A stretch of 63,221 nucleotides of DNA, counting the filler, from an uncultured bacterium (GTDB taxonomy: Bacteria; JAGOEH01): assembly GCA_964632485.1 (NCBI GenBank). It is 4 parts of 4 records of this genome, joined end to end, with 100 filler letters (N's around TTAATTAATTAA, not from the genome) between each part and the next. Parts side by side here need not be neighbours in the genome. Positions count along the whole stretch, not along the records: positions 1 to 17,183 come from CAZWDO010000040.1; 3 more parts are not named here. One strand, 5' to 3'. A program made the position numbers and the translations under genes. Shown here one piece after another: positions 1-9,519 of this stretch. Position 1 is the first letter of the stretch. Every line of letters begins with the position of its first letter. The notes beneath the pieces were generated by a model. It saw only the letters and a list, made by a program, of their open reading frames with translations, had not been told where the DNA came from and did no database searches.

Positions 1-34
1 TTTTTATAACAGCTTATCTAATATTTGTAATTCT

Positions 35-1597
35 ATGACTTCCGGTTCTCTGAAGCTATCATTTGAATGGCTGTTGATCGTTGCGTTATCGTTCTTGAAG
101 TTGCTATTGCATCTACTCACCAACACCCATTATGAACTCCACCGGGACGGCCTGCTCTATATGGCCCAGGGAGCGCATATGGACTGGAGTTTTCTATCCG
201 TGCCACCGGCCATCGCACTGCTGGGCAATATCGCCCGCTGGCTGGGCGGCGATTCCATTTTTGTCATACGCTTGTTTCCGGCTTTTTTCGGGGCTATCAG
301 CGTCATGGCGATCGGCCATCTCATTCTCTATCTGGGGGGCAAACGCTGGGCCATTCTGCTCGGATGCGGCGCATACGTTCTATCTCCAGCTTACCTGCGC
401 ACCCATACCTTACTACAGCCGGTTTTTCTCGATCAGTTCTTCTGGTTGGTGGCGACTCTTTTTATGATTAAGCTACTAAAAAGTCAAAATACACACTACT
501 GGCTGTATTTGCATATCACCTGGTCCCTGGCTTTCTGGGCAAAGTATAATATCATCTTCCTGATATTCGCCTTTATAATAGCCTTGCTTTTGTCGCCCAA
601 ACGCAGTCTGATCGCATCCCGCCACTTTTGGCAGGGAGCTTGCGCGACAATGTTCATAGTCCTACCCATTTTGCTTTGGCAATACCGGCATAATTTTCCA
701 GTCGTCTATCACATGACTCACTTACGAGAAACTCAATTGCTCAATGTGCGTATTTCCGATTTTATCATGGGGCAATTGCTCATGAATATACCCGGTATCC
801 TCATTTGGCTCAGTGGAGCGCTATTTCTCCTTTTTGACCGCGAAGGACGGCAGCTCCGAGTTATTGGATTCACTTTCCTTATCGTAATGTCGCTCTATCT
901 GGTTGCAAGCGGTAAAGGTTACTACACATTGGGCATCTATCCCGTCTTACTGGTCGCGGGAGGATTGGCGATCGAAAAGCGTTTCACCGCGGGGATTCCG
1001 ATTATTAAACCAATAATGGCCGTCATGATGATTCTCATCGCCCTGCCGATCATGCCATTTAGCCTGCCGCTGCTGCCCCTCGATCAGATGGCGTATTTCT
1101 GTGAAAAAAGCAAACCATTACTGGGAGATGGCGCCTTGCGTTGGGAAGATGGCCGTGTTTACCCGCTCCCTCAGGATTACGCCGATATGACAGGCTGGCG
1201 AGAATTGGGCAGCCTCGTCGGGAAGGCGTACCAAGGGCTTTCTCCCGATGAACGTAAGCAATCCATGGTGTTTACGGAAAACTACGGTCAAGCCGGTGCG
1301 ATCGCGTTTTATGGAAAGGCGTATGGCGTGCCGGAACCGGTAAGTTTCGATGAAAGTTTCTTGTTCTGGGCGCCGGATTCATGCAATTCTCAAATTTTAT
1401 TCTATGTCAACAACGATACTACTGATGTAACAAAATTTTTCACCACGGTGGAATTGATCGGTCGGATACAGGATCCATACGCCCGTGAATCGGGCTTGCC
1501 GGTCTGGATATGCCGAGGCCCCCGTAATGGATTTGCCCGGTTTTACGCAGATAAATCATCCAGCCTTAAAAATCAGTTCCGGCGATCCAATCCATGA
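35..1597 (+). CDS. GT-C fold glycosyltransferase (family 39 / PMT_2, ArnT-like)
   Basis: 520 aa with many TM helices; N-terminal YELHRDGLLY...PPAIA motif (usual DE is DG here); C-terminal ENYGQAGAI motif typical of this family. Confidence 0.8.
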   Translation: MTSGSLKLSFEWLLIVALSFLKLLLHLLTNTHYELHRDGLLYMAQGAHMDWSFLSVPPAIALLGNIARWLGGDSIFVIRLFPAFFGAISVMAIGHLILYLGGKRWAILLGCGAYVLSPAYLRTHTLLQPVFLDQFFWLVATLFMIKLLKSQNTHYWLYLHITWSLAFWAKYNIIFLIFAFIIALLLSPKRSLIASRHFWQGACATMFIVLPILLWQYRHNFPVVYHMTHLRETQLLNVRISDFIMGQLLMNIPGILIWLSGALFLLFDREGRQLRVIGFTFLIVMSLYLVASGKGYYTLGIYPVLLVAGGLAIEKRFTAGIPIIKPIMAVMMILIALPIMPFSLPLLPLDQMAYFCEKSKPLLGDGALRWEDGRVYPLPQDYADMTGWRELGSLVGKAYQGLSPDERKQSMVFTENYGQAGAIAFYGKAYGVPEPVSFDESFLFWAPDSCNSQILFYVNNDTTDVTKFFTTVELIGRIQDPYARESGLPVWICRGPRNGFARFYADKSSSLKNQFRRSNP

Positions 1598-1728
1598 AAG
1601 AGGGTTAAGATTCCGACTTTCGTTTAATATGAAGCAGAGCTAAAAAATATGCGGCGGCAATGGGTGATAATTATTTCGGCACACGGTACCCACACTGAGT
1701 GGACATGAAGCGCGGCAATGTCTTCGGA

Positions 1729-3072
1729 TCAGGATTCCCGCTTCATACGCATTTTGAAGCGGAAATAATAATAGGCGGGGACACTGGTCAAAATCAGTCC
1801 CAAGGAAAAAAGCGCCCCTTTGGCGGCATAGGCTAAAGCGGTGCCCACTGCCAAGGCAAGCTGAGAGAGAATCGCCAGAATTGCCATGGTTCTCCAAGCC
1901 GGCGATCGATAGCTGGGATGATAATCCGGACGTTTTTTGAGAAAAAATATGGCGCCATAGACCAGCACGTTCTGCAGAGTATAGGAAATCGTAAAATAGC
2001 CCAGCAGGGTGTTCAGATCACCCAGAAAAAACAAAACCAATGCGAAACCGGATTGAAAAAGGATTGAATTGACCGGAGTCAGGTAGCGGGGATGCAATCG
2101 GCCAAAGCTTTCAAAGAAAAGACCGTCGCGGGCGATGGCATATTCGAGGCGGGGCTGAGCCATAATAGACGCATTTAGCACGCCCACCATGGAAATAAAG
2201 GCCGCGATGGCCAGAAAGCCGCCGGCATATTGAGTCAGAAACGGAAGGAAGGCGAAGGGGTTGACGAAACCGCCCTCCGCATTCACCATTGCTACCTGGG
2301 GCACGATGGCCGAAGCGGCCAGGGAAATTAGGGTATAGGCCGCTATCACCAGAATCAGAGACCCGATCAGGGCGATCGGCAAATTGCGGCCCGGGTTCTT
2401 CACTTCTCCTGCCATATAGAGGATATTGCCGAAACCCGCGTAAGACCAAACCGTGGCTGAAATCCCTGCCGCCAACACCGCCAGCCATCCCTGACGCTGG
2501 ACAAATCCTTCGGGAGGCATCATGAAAAAATTCCCGGAATTCAAATAAGCCATACCGATTATAATTAATAATAAAAGCGGGCTGAGCTTGGCGATGGTGA
2601 AAAATATCTGAAAATTGCCACCACCGCGCACGCTACGCAGGTGGATCAGGGTTAAAGATACAATCAGCAATGCGGCAAACAACTTGGCATACATTGGATT
2701 AATGAGTGATGGTATAAAAAAACTAATCGCCGAGGCCGCGCTGAGCGCGATAATTGTCAACGACGGGGTGTCGCTGGTCAGAAACGCCGTCCAGGTGTAA
2801 AGAAAAGCCAAAAAGGGCGAGCCGGCCTTTCGTAGGTAGTCGTATGCGAATCCCTGATCAGGATAGGCGGTGCCCATTTCAGCCAGGATCAGGATTTGCG
2901 GGATCCAAAAGATACCGCCCAGCAGCCAGATCAGCGTTGCCAATCCCGGACTGCCGGCGATGCGCGCCACAATCGGCAGGTTGATGAACACGCCGGAACC
3001 GATCACAGTGCCGATCACAATCGCGGATGTCTGCGCCAGATTCAGACTGCGCGCGGGTTTAACCTCAGCCAT
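1729..3072 (-). CDS. APC-family amino acid permease, FrlA (fructoselysine transporter)-like
   Basis: GTVIGSGVF; IPQ..LAEMGTAYP; HLRSVRGG; AGISATVWSY; QPRLEYAIARDGLFF and LLGYFT closely recall E. coli FrlA. ATG at 3072 follows an AGAGGAG RBS (ORF track starts at 3078). Confidence 0.8.
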   Translation of the reverse strand: MAEVKPARSLNLAQTSAIVIGTVIGSGVFINLPIVARIAGSPGLATLIWLLGGIFWIPQILILAEMGTAYPDQGFAYDYLRKAGSPFLAFLYTWTAFLTSDTPSLTIIALSAASAISFFIPSLINPMYAKLFAALLIVSLTLIHLRSVRGGGNFQIFFTIAKLSPLLLLIIIGMAYLNSGNFFMMPPEGFVQRQGWLAVLAAGISATVWSYAGFGNILYMAGEVKNPGRNLPIALIGSLILVIAAYTLISLAASAIVPQVAMVNAEGGFVNPFAFLPFLTQYAGGFLAIAAFISMVGVLNASIMAQPRLEYAIARDGLFFESFGRLHPRYLTPVNSILFQSGFALVLFFLGDLNTLLGYFTISYTLQNVLVYGAIFFLKKRPDYHPSYRSPAWRTMAILAILSQLALAVGTALAYAAKGALFSLGLILTSVPAYYYFRFKMRMKRES

Positions 3073-3220
3073 AAACACTCCTCTTTAAATTGTTCTCTTC
3101 GTATATTGCCTCTCAATATTGAGAGCTTTTGTTTCAATATAGCGATCCCGCTTCCGCTTGTCAAATTTTATTTTTTCTAAAATTAAATAGTACAACCTCT
3201 ATCATTCCCAACTTCTCTTT

Positions 3221-3335
3221 TCCCCTCGCCCCCTGGAAGATGGCAGGGTGTGGGGGCTTTCACTTCTCCGTCATTCCCGCGCAAGCAAAAATCCATGGGT
3301 TAACAGATGAATGCCATATCAAGTACAACATGACA
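3221..3335. repeat. Degenerate REP-like palindromic elements
   Basis: TCCCCTCGCCCCCTGGAAGATGGCAGGGTGTGGGGG (3221-3256); GTCATTCCCGCGCAAGCAAAAATCCA (3270-3295) with partner ATGCCATATCAAGTACAACATGACA (3311-3335), resembling the GTCATTCCCGC..GCGGGAATCCA / ..ATCAAGT..ATGACA repeat class. Confidence 0.5.
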
Positions 3336-3394
3336 AAGACAATAACCAGGCAATGACATATTACCAGTTATATGCAATTCATTACTACAGGATA

Positions 3395-4444
3395 TTAGTT
3401 CAATTCAATATACCCATAATTAGAGGATGCGTTGAAGAGATCAGATTCGATCGCGTCCAGCCGCTTGCGCGCTGCAGCGATGGCGCTCTCCGAGATATCG
3501 ACGCCAATCCAGCGGCGCCCCCTGCGTTGCGCGGCTTCGAGCGCGGCCCCGGAACCACAAAAGCAGTCCAACACAATACTATCGGGATCGGACGAGGTCT
3601 CAACTATCAATTTAAGCATATCGGCATTCTTTTCCGTCGGATAGACCGGATACGGCGGATCCTTAAATTCCCAGATATCCTGCATCCGCTTACCTTTCTG
3701 ACTATCACTGAAAATCTTCTTGCGGGGATTTCCGTTGACGGACCATTCCAGCAAACCTTCACAGTCCAATTGTTCGAGGGTGCCAACATCGGTTCGCCAA
3801 TGACGTCCCGGAGGAGGCAGTATGCCCCGAAACGGTTGGTTGGTCTTGCCATTAGCGGTTTCCCCGGGCGCATGGATGGGAACCGTAGTATATCGGCGTC
3901 CATCAGGAGTAATTTTGGGAAACAAACGAGCGATATCGGCTTCAGTATAGGGCTGATGCGGTTCATGCCATATTGGTTTTCCGGTTTTCGAGTAAAATAG
4001 TATCATATCCTTGACGTTTCCGAATCCCAATCGCGGAAAATTCTTCGGATTGCATTTGATACGGGTGATATCATTGATAAATCGTTCTGCGCCGAATATC
4101 TCATCCAATAGTATCTTCACATAATGCCCAATTTTATAATCAATATGCAGATAAATAGATCCGCTATCTGACAACAACTCGCGCATCCATATCAGCCGTT
4201 TTCGCAAAAAATCAATAAATCCGTTACCGGTTAACTTATCTGAATAAGCCAAATTTCCATTTCGCGCATTACTAATAGTAGCTGACCGTCCATTGCTGAT
4301 GGTAAAATTGTTATTAGTGGCAAAGGGTGGATCGATATATATTAAATCAATCTTCCCCCCTAATTGCTTATTGTCAATCAGCCATGGCAAGGTTTTTAGA
4401 TTTTCACCTTTAATCAATAAATTGGCGTTCATGCATACCATCAT
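3395..4444 (-). CDS. Type II DNA adenine methyltransferase, beta class (M.Tsp45I-like)
   Basis: LIYIDPPF catalytic motif before VLDCFCGSG SAM motif; YPTEKN; directly downstream of a restriction endonuclease-like ORF. Confidence 0.88.
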   Translation of the reverse strand: MMVCMNANLLIKGENLKTLPWLIDNKQLGGKIDLIYIDPPFATNNNFTISNGRSATISNARNGNLAYSDKLTGNGFIDFLRKRLIWMRELLSDSGSIYLHIDYKIGHYVKILLDEIFGAERFINDITRIKCNPKNFPRLGFGNVKDMILFYSKTGKPIWHEPHQPYTEADIARLFPKITPDGRRYTTVPIHAPGETANGKTNQPFRGILPPPGRHWRTDVGTLEQLDCEGLLEWSVNGNPRKKIFSDSQKGKRMQDIWEFKDPPYPVYPTEKNADMLKLIVETSSDPDSIVLDCFCGSGAALEAAQRRGRRWIGVDISESAIAAARKRLDAIESDLFNASSNYGYIELN

Positions 4445-4447
4445 ATT

Positions 4448-4828
4448 CTACAACTGATAAAGGAATTCACGTAATACCAAAGCGCTCATTATCAAATAAT
4501 CTTTATACTGATCAAAAATCTTGGACAAGCCCATTTCATAAAGCCGGCCGCATAATCGATCAACAGTTTTAGGATTCCTCTTTATAGCCGTTTTATCTTT
4601 TTTTAAAAAGGCCACATACGAATCCTTTATCGGAAAAAGTTTAAGCTTTAACAATTCCGAGATCAAAGCAATATTATCCTGGGTTTGAAAAGCGCATTCC
4701 ACTGAGTTCCAAGTATCTACATCAATTTCTCGAATCCCCTCCGGTATAGTGGGATAGACTTGAAACAAGTCATCCAGATAGGAACGTTGATTTGCATAAT
4801 CGATGCTGAGTTGCGTCCAATAATTCAC
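4448..4828 (-). pseudogene. Tsp45I-family type II restriction endonuclease with in-frame internal deletion
   Basis: N-terminus (YANQRSYLDDLFQVYP...FPIKDSY...RNP...CGRLYEMG) runs straight into the family C-terminus (IMSALVLREFLYQL); only 126 aa, central catalytic region absent. Confidence 0.7.
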
Positions 4829-5199
4829 AAATGCCTCCGGTTGACTTTAAGGGATTGATTGCTGGAGTATGGTACCTACCCGCCTTATATATACATAAAA
4901 CTGCCAAATTTGTCAAGAGGGATTTATACTCCAACCATGTCAAATAAAAGCTGTTGGCTGGGTCTTTTGCAGATCAAAACTGTTTACAATATATTTTTTC
5001 TCTTTCCATGCAGAAAGTGAAAATAAAGAGAAGCTCGCGATACAAACGGAAAGGATTGCAGCATTGCAAAAGCCAATAGCTTGTTAAACCCCGCAACAGT
5101 AAAAATATCCATCATCATTACCGGTAAAACTTAAAAATTCCCTTGACTTCCAACGATTTTTTTCTTAAATATAGGCAAAACTGAAAGGAGAATTCCACT

Positions 5200-5523
5200 A
5201 TGACTGAATTATTTGCCATGGGCGCGGGTGGCACAGCGCAAGCTACTTCCGGTACCCAACAACTGTTTGCTTTTTTACCCTTTATTATTCTGATTGCAGT
5301 TTTTTATTTATTTCTGATCCGTCCTCAGCAAAAACGACAGAAAGAACACACTAAGATGGTTGAGGCTTTGCAAAAAGGGGATCGCGTGTTGACTAATTCC
5401 GGTATTTACGGCGAAATCATCAGCATTGACGCGACGAATGTCATTTTGAAAATCGCCGATGTCAAGGGTGATGCCGTTAAAATCGAAATCCTCAAATCAA
5501 CCATTGCGGGGAAAGCATCCTAA
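5200..5523 (+). CDS. yajC: Preprotein translocase subunit YajC
   Basis: FYLFLIRPQQKRQKEH...LQKGDRVLTNSGIYGEI; GAAAGGAG RBS. Confidence 0.96.
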   Translation: MTELFAMGAGGTAQATSGTQQLFAFLPFIILIAVFYLFLIRPQQKRQKEHTKMVEALQKGDRVLTNSGIYGEIISIDATNVILKIADVKGDAVKIEILKSTIAGKAS

Positions 5524-6024
5524 ATGGCGCTGATGGAGATACTCACGATTGGCCATCCCTTATTGAGTCAAAAAATGAAACCGGTGACCGATTATGGAAC
5601 AGCGTTGGAGAAAATTGCGCATGATATGATGGAAACAATGGTATTCTATGAAGGTATCGGATTGGCAGCTAACCAGGTAGGATATGATCAGCAGATACTG
5701 GTGATCCATGAAAAGCTCATTTCCGAAGACAAAAATTTTTTAGTGATAACCAATCCAGTGGTTGAACTCAGAGAAGGCTCTCTTCGCCGCGAGGAAGGTT
5801 GTCTGAGCGTTCCCGGCATTTATGCCGAAGTGACCCGTCCGGCGCAAATCCAGATCCGTTATCAGGATATTTCAGGGAAGGAGCAAATATTAGAAGCCGA
5901 ATCCCTTCTTGCCCGGGTTATTCTACATGAAAACGATCATCTGAACGGTGTTTTATTTGTTGAAAGATTACCGAAAATAAAACAAAAATTACTGCAACCC
6001 AGACTAAAAAAACTGTCCCGATGA
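5524..6024 (+). CDS. def: Peptide deformylase
   Basis: GIGLAANQVG, EEGCLSVPG and HENDHLNG motifs. Confidence 0.97.
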   Translation: MALMEILTIGHPLLSQKMKPVTDYGTALEKIAHDMMETMVFYEGIGLAANQVGYDQQILVIHEKLISEDKNFLVITNPVVELREGSLRREEGCLSVPGIYAEVTRPAQIQIRYQDISGKEQILEAESLLARVILHENDHLNGVLFVERLPKIKQKLLQPRLKKLSR

Positions 6025-6959
6025 GCTACATTTTCCTCGGCAATCCAACATTTGCGGCCGGTTGTCTGAAATTTCTAATCGAACAGGGCCTGCCGCCTGC
6101 CCAGGTAATAACCAATCCCGATCAGCCCCAGGGGCGTAATCGAAAACTTCAGCCGACTCCGGTCAAGGAAATCTCGCAAAAATTTCAAATCCCAACGCTG
6201 GAAATCGATGACTTGCGCGACTCTGAATCGATTGCGCGAATACAGGCTTTTCAACCCGAACTATTCATTGTCGTCGCATATCGGATACTGCCGCGGGCAA
6301 TGTTAGAAATTCCTCGTTTAGGAGCCATTAATCTGCATGCTTCACTCCTGCCCGATTATCGTGGCGCATCCCCGATACAGTGCGTTCTTTTGAATGGCGA
6401 AACAAGAACCGGTATTACAACATTTATTATCAACCGTCACCTCGATTCAGGCGCCATTTTGATGCAGGAGCCTGTTGAGATCGATGCTGCCGACAACTTT
6501 GGCGCGCTGAGTCAGAAACTCCTCGAACGAGGCAGCGTTTTGCTTAAACGCACTATTGAAAAGTTTATGGGCGGCAAACTCATGCCTGTTATTCAAACTG
6601 GCGAATGTAAACATTATGCGCCGAAGCTTACCCGAGACGATTCACGCATCAACTGGGAAGCCGATGCGGCGTCGGTCGTCAACCGCATTAGAGCCTTTGC
6701 GCCGGAACCCGGAGCTTTTTCCGTTTACAAGGGAATCACGTATAAAATGTTAACGGCTCACGCAAATCCTCAACCAGGGGATACTTACCCTGGTACGATT
6801 CTCTGCAGCAACCCCACTGGCGGCTTGATTATCCAATGTGGCTCCCGGCAAACCGTTTCTGTTACACAAATTCAGGCGCCAGGAAAAAAGGCGTTGGTTT
6901 CCGCAGATTTTCTAAGGGGAACAAAACTCGAAATCGGTGAAAAATTTTCAAACAGTTAA
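6021..6959 (+). CDS. fmt: Methionyl-tRNA formyltransferase
   Basis: INLHASLLPDYRGASPIQ, LDSGAI, YAPKL; ATGA overlap with def. Confidence 0.97.
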   Translation: MSYIFLGNPTFAAGCLKFLIEQGLPPAQVITNPDQPQGRNRKLQPTPVKEISQKFQIPTLEIDDLRDSESIARIQAFQPELFIVVAYRILPRAMLEIPRLGAINLHASLLPDYRGASPIQCVLLNGETRTGITTFIINRHLDSGAILMQEPVEIDAADNFGALSQKLLERGSVLLKRTIEKFMGGKLMPVIQTGECKHYAPKLTRDDSRINWEADAASVVNRIRAFAPEPGAFSVYKGITYKMLTAHANPQPGDTYPGTILCSNPTGGLIIQCGSRQTVSVTQIQAPGKKALVSADFLRGTKLEIGEKFSNS

Positions 6960-6967
6960 AAATTGGC

Positions 6968-6996
6968 TTGACTTTTCTCAAGATTTCTGTTATTAT
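6968..6996 (+). promoter_or_regulatory. Sigma70-type promoter of tRNA-Glu
   Basis: TTGACT (6968-6973), 17 bp spacer, TATTAT (6991-6996) with extended -10 TG, 11 nt before the tRNA. Confidence 0.75.
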
Positions 6997-7007
6997 TATT
7001 CGTTCAT

Positions 7008-7079
7008 GGCGGTATCGTCTAGTGGTTAGGACAGGTGGTTCTCAGCCATCAAGCCGGGGTTCGATTCCCCGTACCGCTA
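7008..7079 (+). tRNA. tRNA-Glu (anticodon CTC), CCA not encoded
   Basis: Cloverleaf: acceptor GGCGGTA/TACCGCT, D-arm GTCT-AGTGGTT-AGGAC, anticodon arm GGTGG-TTCTCAG-CCATC, T-arm CGGGG-TTCGATT-CCCCG. Confidence 0.95.
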
Positions 7080-7159
7080 TCAAAAAAATATGAACGCTCA
7101 TCAATCCGCTCAACAATACCTTTTAATTTTATTTAATAACCCGCTAAAGATTAATCATT

Positions 7160-7200
7160 CCCCCTCACTCTGCCCTCTCACCCCCCAAGGGGCGAGGGAG
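7160..7200. repeat. Degenerate REP-like element
   Basis: CCCCCTCACTCTGCCCTCTCACCCCCCAAGGGGCGAGGGAG resembles the CCCTCACCC..CCCTCTCCC..GGGAGAGGG repeat class; similar in style to 3221-3256. Confidence 0.5.
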
Positions 7201-7326
7201 AAGAAAAAAAATCATTTCACCTATAACGCGCGGTCAAGCGGCGGGTTCACGGTGACCAGACTGAAAATATAATTCCGGGTGGATACTCGGAATGTCAATG
7301 TAAACTTTAGCATTAAGGAGTATAAA

Positions 7327-9519
7327 TTGGAGCATCCCTTTATTCAACTCATTGCCCACGAACTGGCCATCAAACCCTGGCAGATTAATGCCGCGGTTGA
7401 ACTGCTGGACAACGACAACACGATACCCTTTATCGCCCGCTATCGAAAAGAAATGACCGGTTCCCTCAACGAAGTGGAACTGCGCCAGATTGAGAAACGC
7501 ATTGAATATCTCCGTAATCTCGAAAAACGCAAAAACGAAGTTCTTGAATCGATTGAAAAACAGGGTAAGCTCACTGAAGAACTAAAAGCCAGGATACTCA
7601 GCGCTGAACAACTGGTCGAAGTGGAAGACCTCTATTTGCCCTATCGTCCTAAAAAACATACTAAAGGTCAAAAAGCCAGGGAAATGGGTCTGGAACCGTT
7701 AGCCGAATTGATCTGGCGACGGGATACAACGAAAGGAACTCCCCAGGATTACTACCGTGTCTATCTCAATTCAGATGCAGGTCTGGAAACCGTTGCTCAG
7801 GTTGAAGAATGGGTGGGATACCTCCTCACGGAAATGATCAGCGACCAGGCAGAGTACAGGGAAACAGTCCGCCGCGCGTTTACGCAGGAAGGGATGATTA
7901 AATCGGTAAAAACTAAAACCGAAACAGAATCCGCCGAATATGAGATGTATTACGACTATGAAGAAGCAATCAACCACATCAAACCGCACCGTATTCTGGC
8001 GATTAATCGCGGGGAACTTGAAAATATCCTGAAAGTAAAAATCGTGATCGGCCAGGAAAATCTGCAAGCAGCCTTAGAGAAGCAAATACTGAATCATCCT
8101 CACCATATTTTTAATGAATTGCTCAAAAGTTGCTTAGAAAATGCCTATAAAAAATCAATTGTTCCGGCGATTGAACGTGAGTTTCGCAATTTATTGACTG
8201 AAGAGGCGGAACTCCATGCCATCAAGGTTTTTGGCGCCAACCTAAAAAACCTGTTGCTGACGCCGCCGGTCCGCCAAAAAATAATCATGGGCATTGATCC
8301 GGGATTCCGAACGGGTTGCAAAGTAGCAGTCATCAATGCGTATGGCGAATATCTGGAGGGAACGACCATCTACCCGACTCCTCCGCATAATAAAACCACC
8401 GAATCGCGTCAGACCGTTGTATCGCTGATTAAAAAGCACAATATCGACGTAATTGCCATCGGTAACGGTACAGCATCGCGTGAAACCGAACAGTTTATCG
8501 CTGATACGATCAGTCAGGTTGAACATCCGGTTCTCTATATGATCGTCAATGAAGCCGGGGCATCGGTATATTCCGCTTCCGAGCTGGCTCTGGAAGAATT
8601 CCCCGAACTGGATGCCAGTATGCGCGGCAATATTTCCATCGCGCGCCGTTTGCTGGACCCATTGTCGGAATTAGTCAAGATCGATCCCAAATCGATTGGA
8701 GTAGGACTTTACCAACACGATGTGAATCAGAAAGAACTGGAGGCAGAACTGGAAAATGTGGTGAAACATTGTGTCAACTATGTGGGAGTGGACATCAACC
8801 AGGCCAGTTCAGCCCTGCTCCAAAACGTATCGGGTATCACCAAAAAAATCGCCCGTTCGCTCTATCAACACCGCCTCCATAACGGTCCTTTTCGGTCCCG
8901 CCAGGAATTGATGAAAGTACCGGGAATTGGCGAGCACACATTTCAACAGGCCGCCGGATTCCTGCGAATAGCCGATGGACCCAATCCTATGGACAATACC
9001 AATATCCATCCGGAATCCTATCCGGTCTGCGAAAAACTGTTCCAGCGATTCAACCTCCCTTTGAATAATATCCGCCAATCTTTTCAACAGATTAAACTGA
9101 AAATGAAACTGGAAAAATGCAATATAGAAAAGCTGGCCGAAGAGCTGGAAGTTGGAGAACCCACCTTGCAGGATATCTTTGAAAATCTGGAAAAACCGGG
9201 CCGCGATCCCCGCGACGAACTGCCCAAACCGATTTTTCGCAGTGATATATTAAAGTTGGATGATTTGAAAGAGGGGATGGAACTGACCGGAACCGTCCGC
9301 AATGTCGTCGATTTCGGCGCATTTGTCGATATCGGGATCAAACGGGACGCTTTGCTCCATAAATCGGAAATCGCCAATCGCTATGTCGCCGATCCAATGG
9401 AATTCCTCTCTGTTGGGGATAATATTCGCGTAACAGTGATCAAAATCGATTTGAATAAAGAACGCGTTTCACTTTCCATGCGCCAGGTTAACCCAAACAC
9501 ACAAAGCGAGTCTTTATGA
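7327..9519 (+). CDS. tex: Tex family transcription accessory protein with S1 domain
   Basis: TIPFIARYRKEMTG, GIDPGFRTGCK, EAGASVYSAS, DPLSELVKIDPKSIGVGLYQHDV, C-terminal S1 (GTVRNVVDFGAFVDIG). TTG at 7327 follows AAGGAG (ORF track starts at 7279). Confidence 0.95.
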   Translation: MEHPFIQLIAHELAIKPWQINAAVELLDNDNTIPFIARYRKEMTGSLNEVELRQIEKRIEYLRNLEKRKNEVLESIEKQGKLTEELKARILSAEQLVEVEDLYLPYRPKKHTKGQKAREMGLEPLAELIWRRDTTKGTPQDYYRVYLNSDAGLETVAQVEEWVGYLLTEMISDQAEYRETVRRAFTQEGMIKSVKTKTETESAEYEMYYDYEEAINHIKPHRILAINRGELENILKVKIVIGQENLQAALEKQILNHPHHIFNELLKSCLENAYKKSIVPAIEREFRNLLTEEAELHAIKVFGANLKNLLLTPPVRQKIIMGIDPGFRTGCKVAVINAYGEYLEGTTIYPTPPHNKTTESRQTVVSLIKKHNIDVIAIGNGTASRETEQFIADTISQVEHPVLYMIVNEAGASVYSASELALEEFPELDASMRGNISIARRLLDPLSELVKIDPKSIGVGLYQHDVNQKELEAELENVVKHCVNYVGVDINQASSALLQNVSGITKKIARSLYQHRLHNGPFRSRQELMKVPGIGEHTFQQAAGFLRIADGPNPMDNTNIHPESYPVCEKLFQRFNLPLNNIRQSFQQIKLKMKLEKCNIEKLAEELEVGEPTLQDIFENLEKPGRDPRDELPKPIFRSDILKLDDLKEGMELTGTVRNVVDFGAFVDIGIKRDALLHKSEIANRYVADPMEFLSVGDNIRVTVIKIDLNKERVSLSMRQVNPNTQSESL

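Noticed and set aside
3311..4000. 229-aa plus-strand ORF
   Set aside because: Antisense shadow of the methyltransferase, with no motifs of its own.
5143..5172. TTGACT promoter candidate upstream of yajC
   Set aside because: The -35 is good but the -10 is ambiguous; plausible, not reported as a feature.
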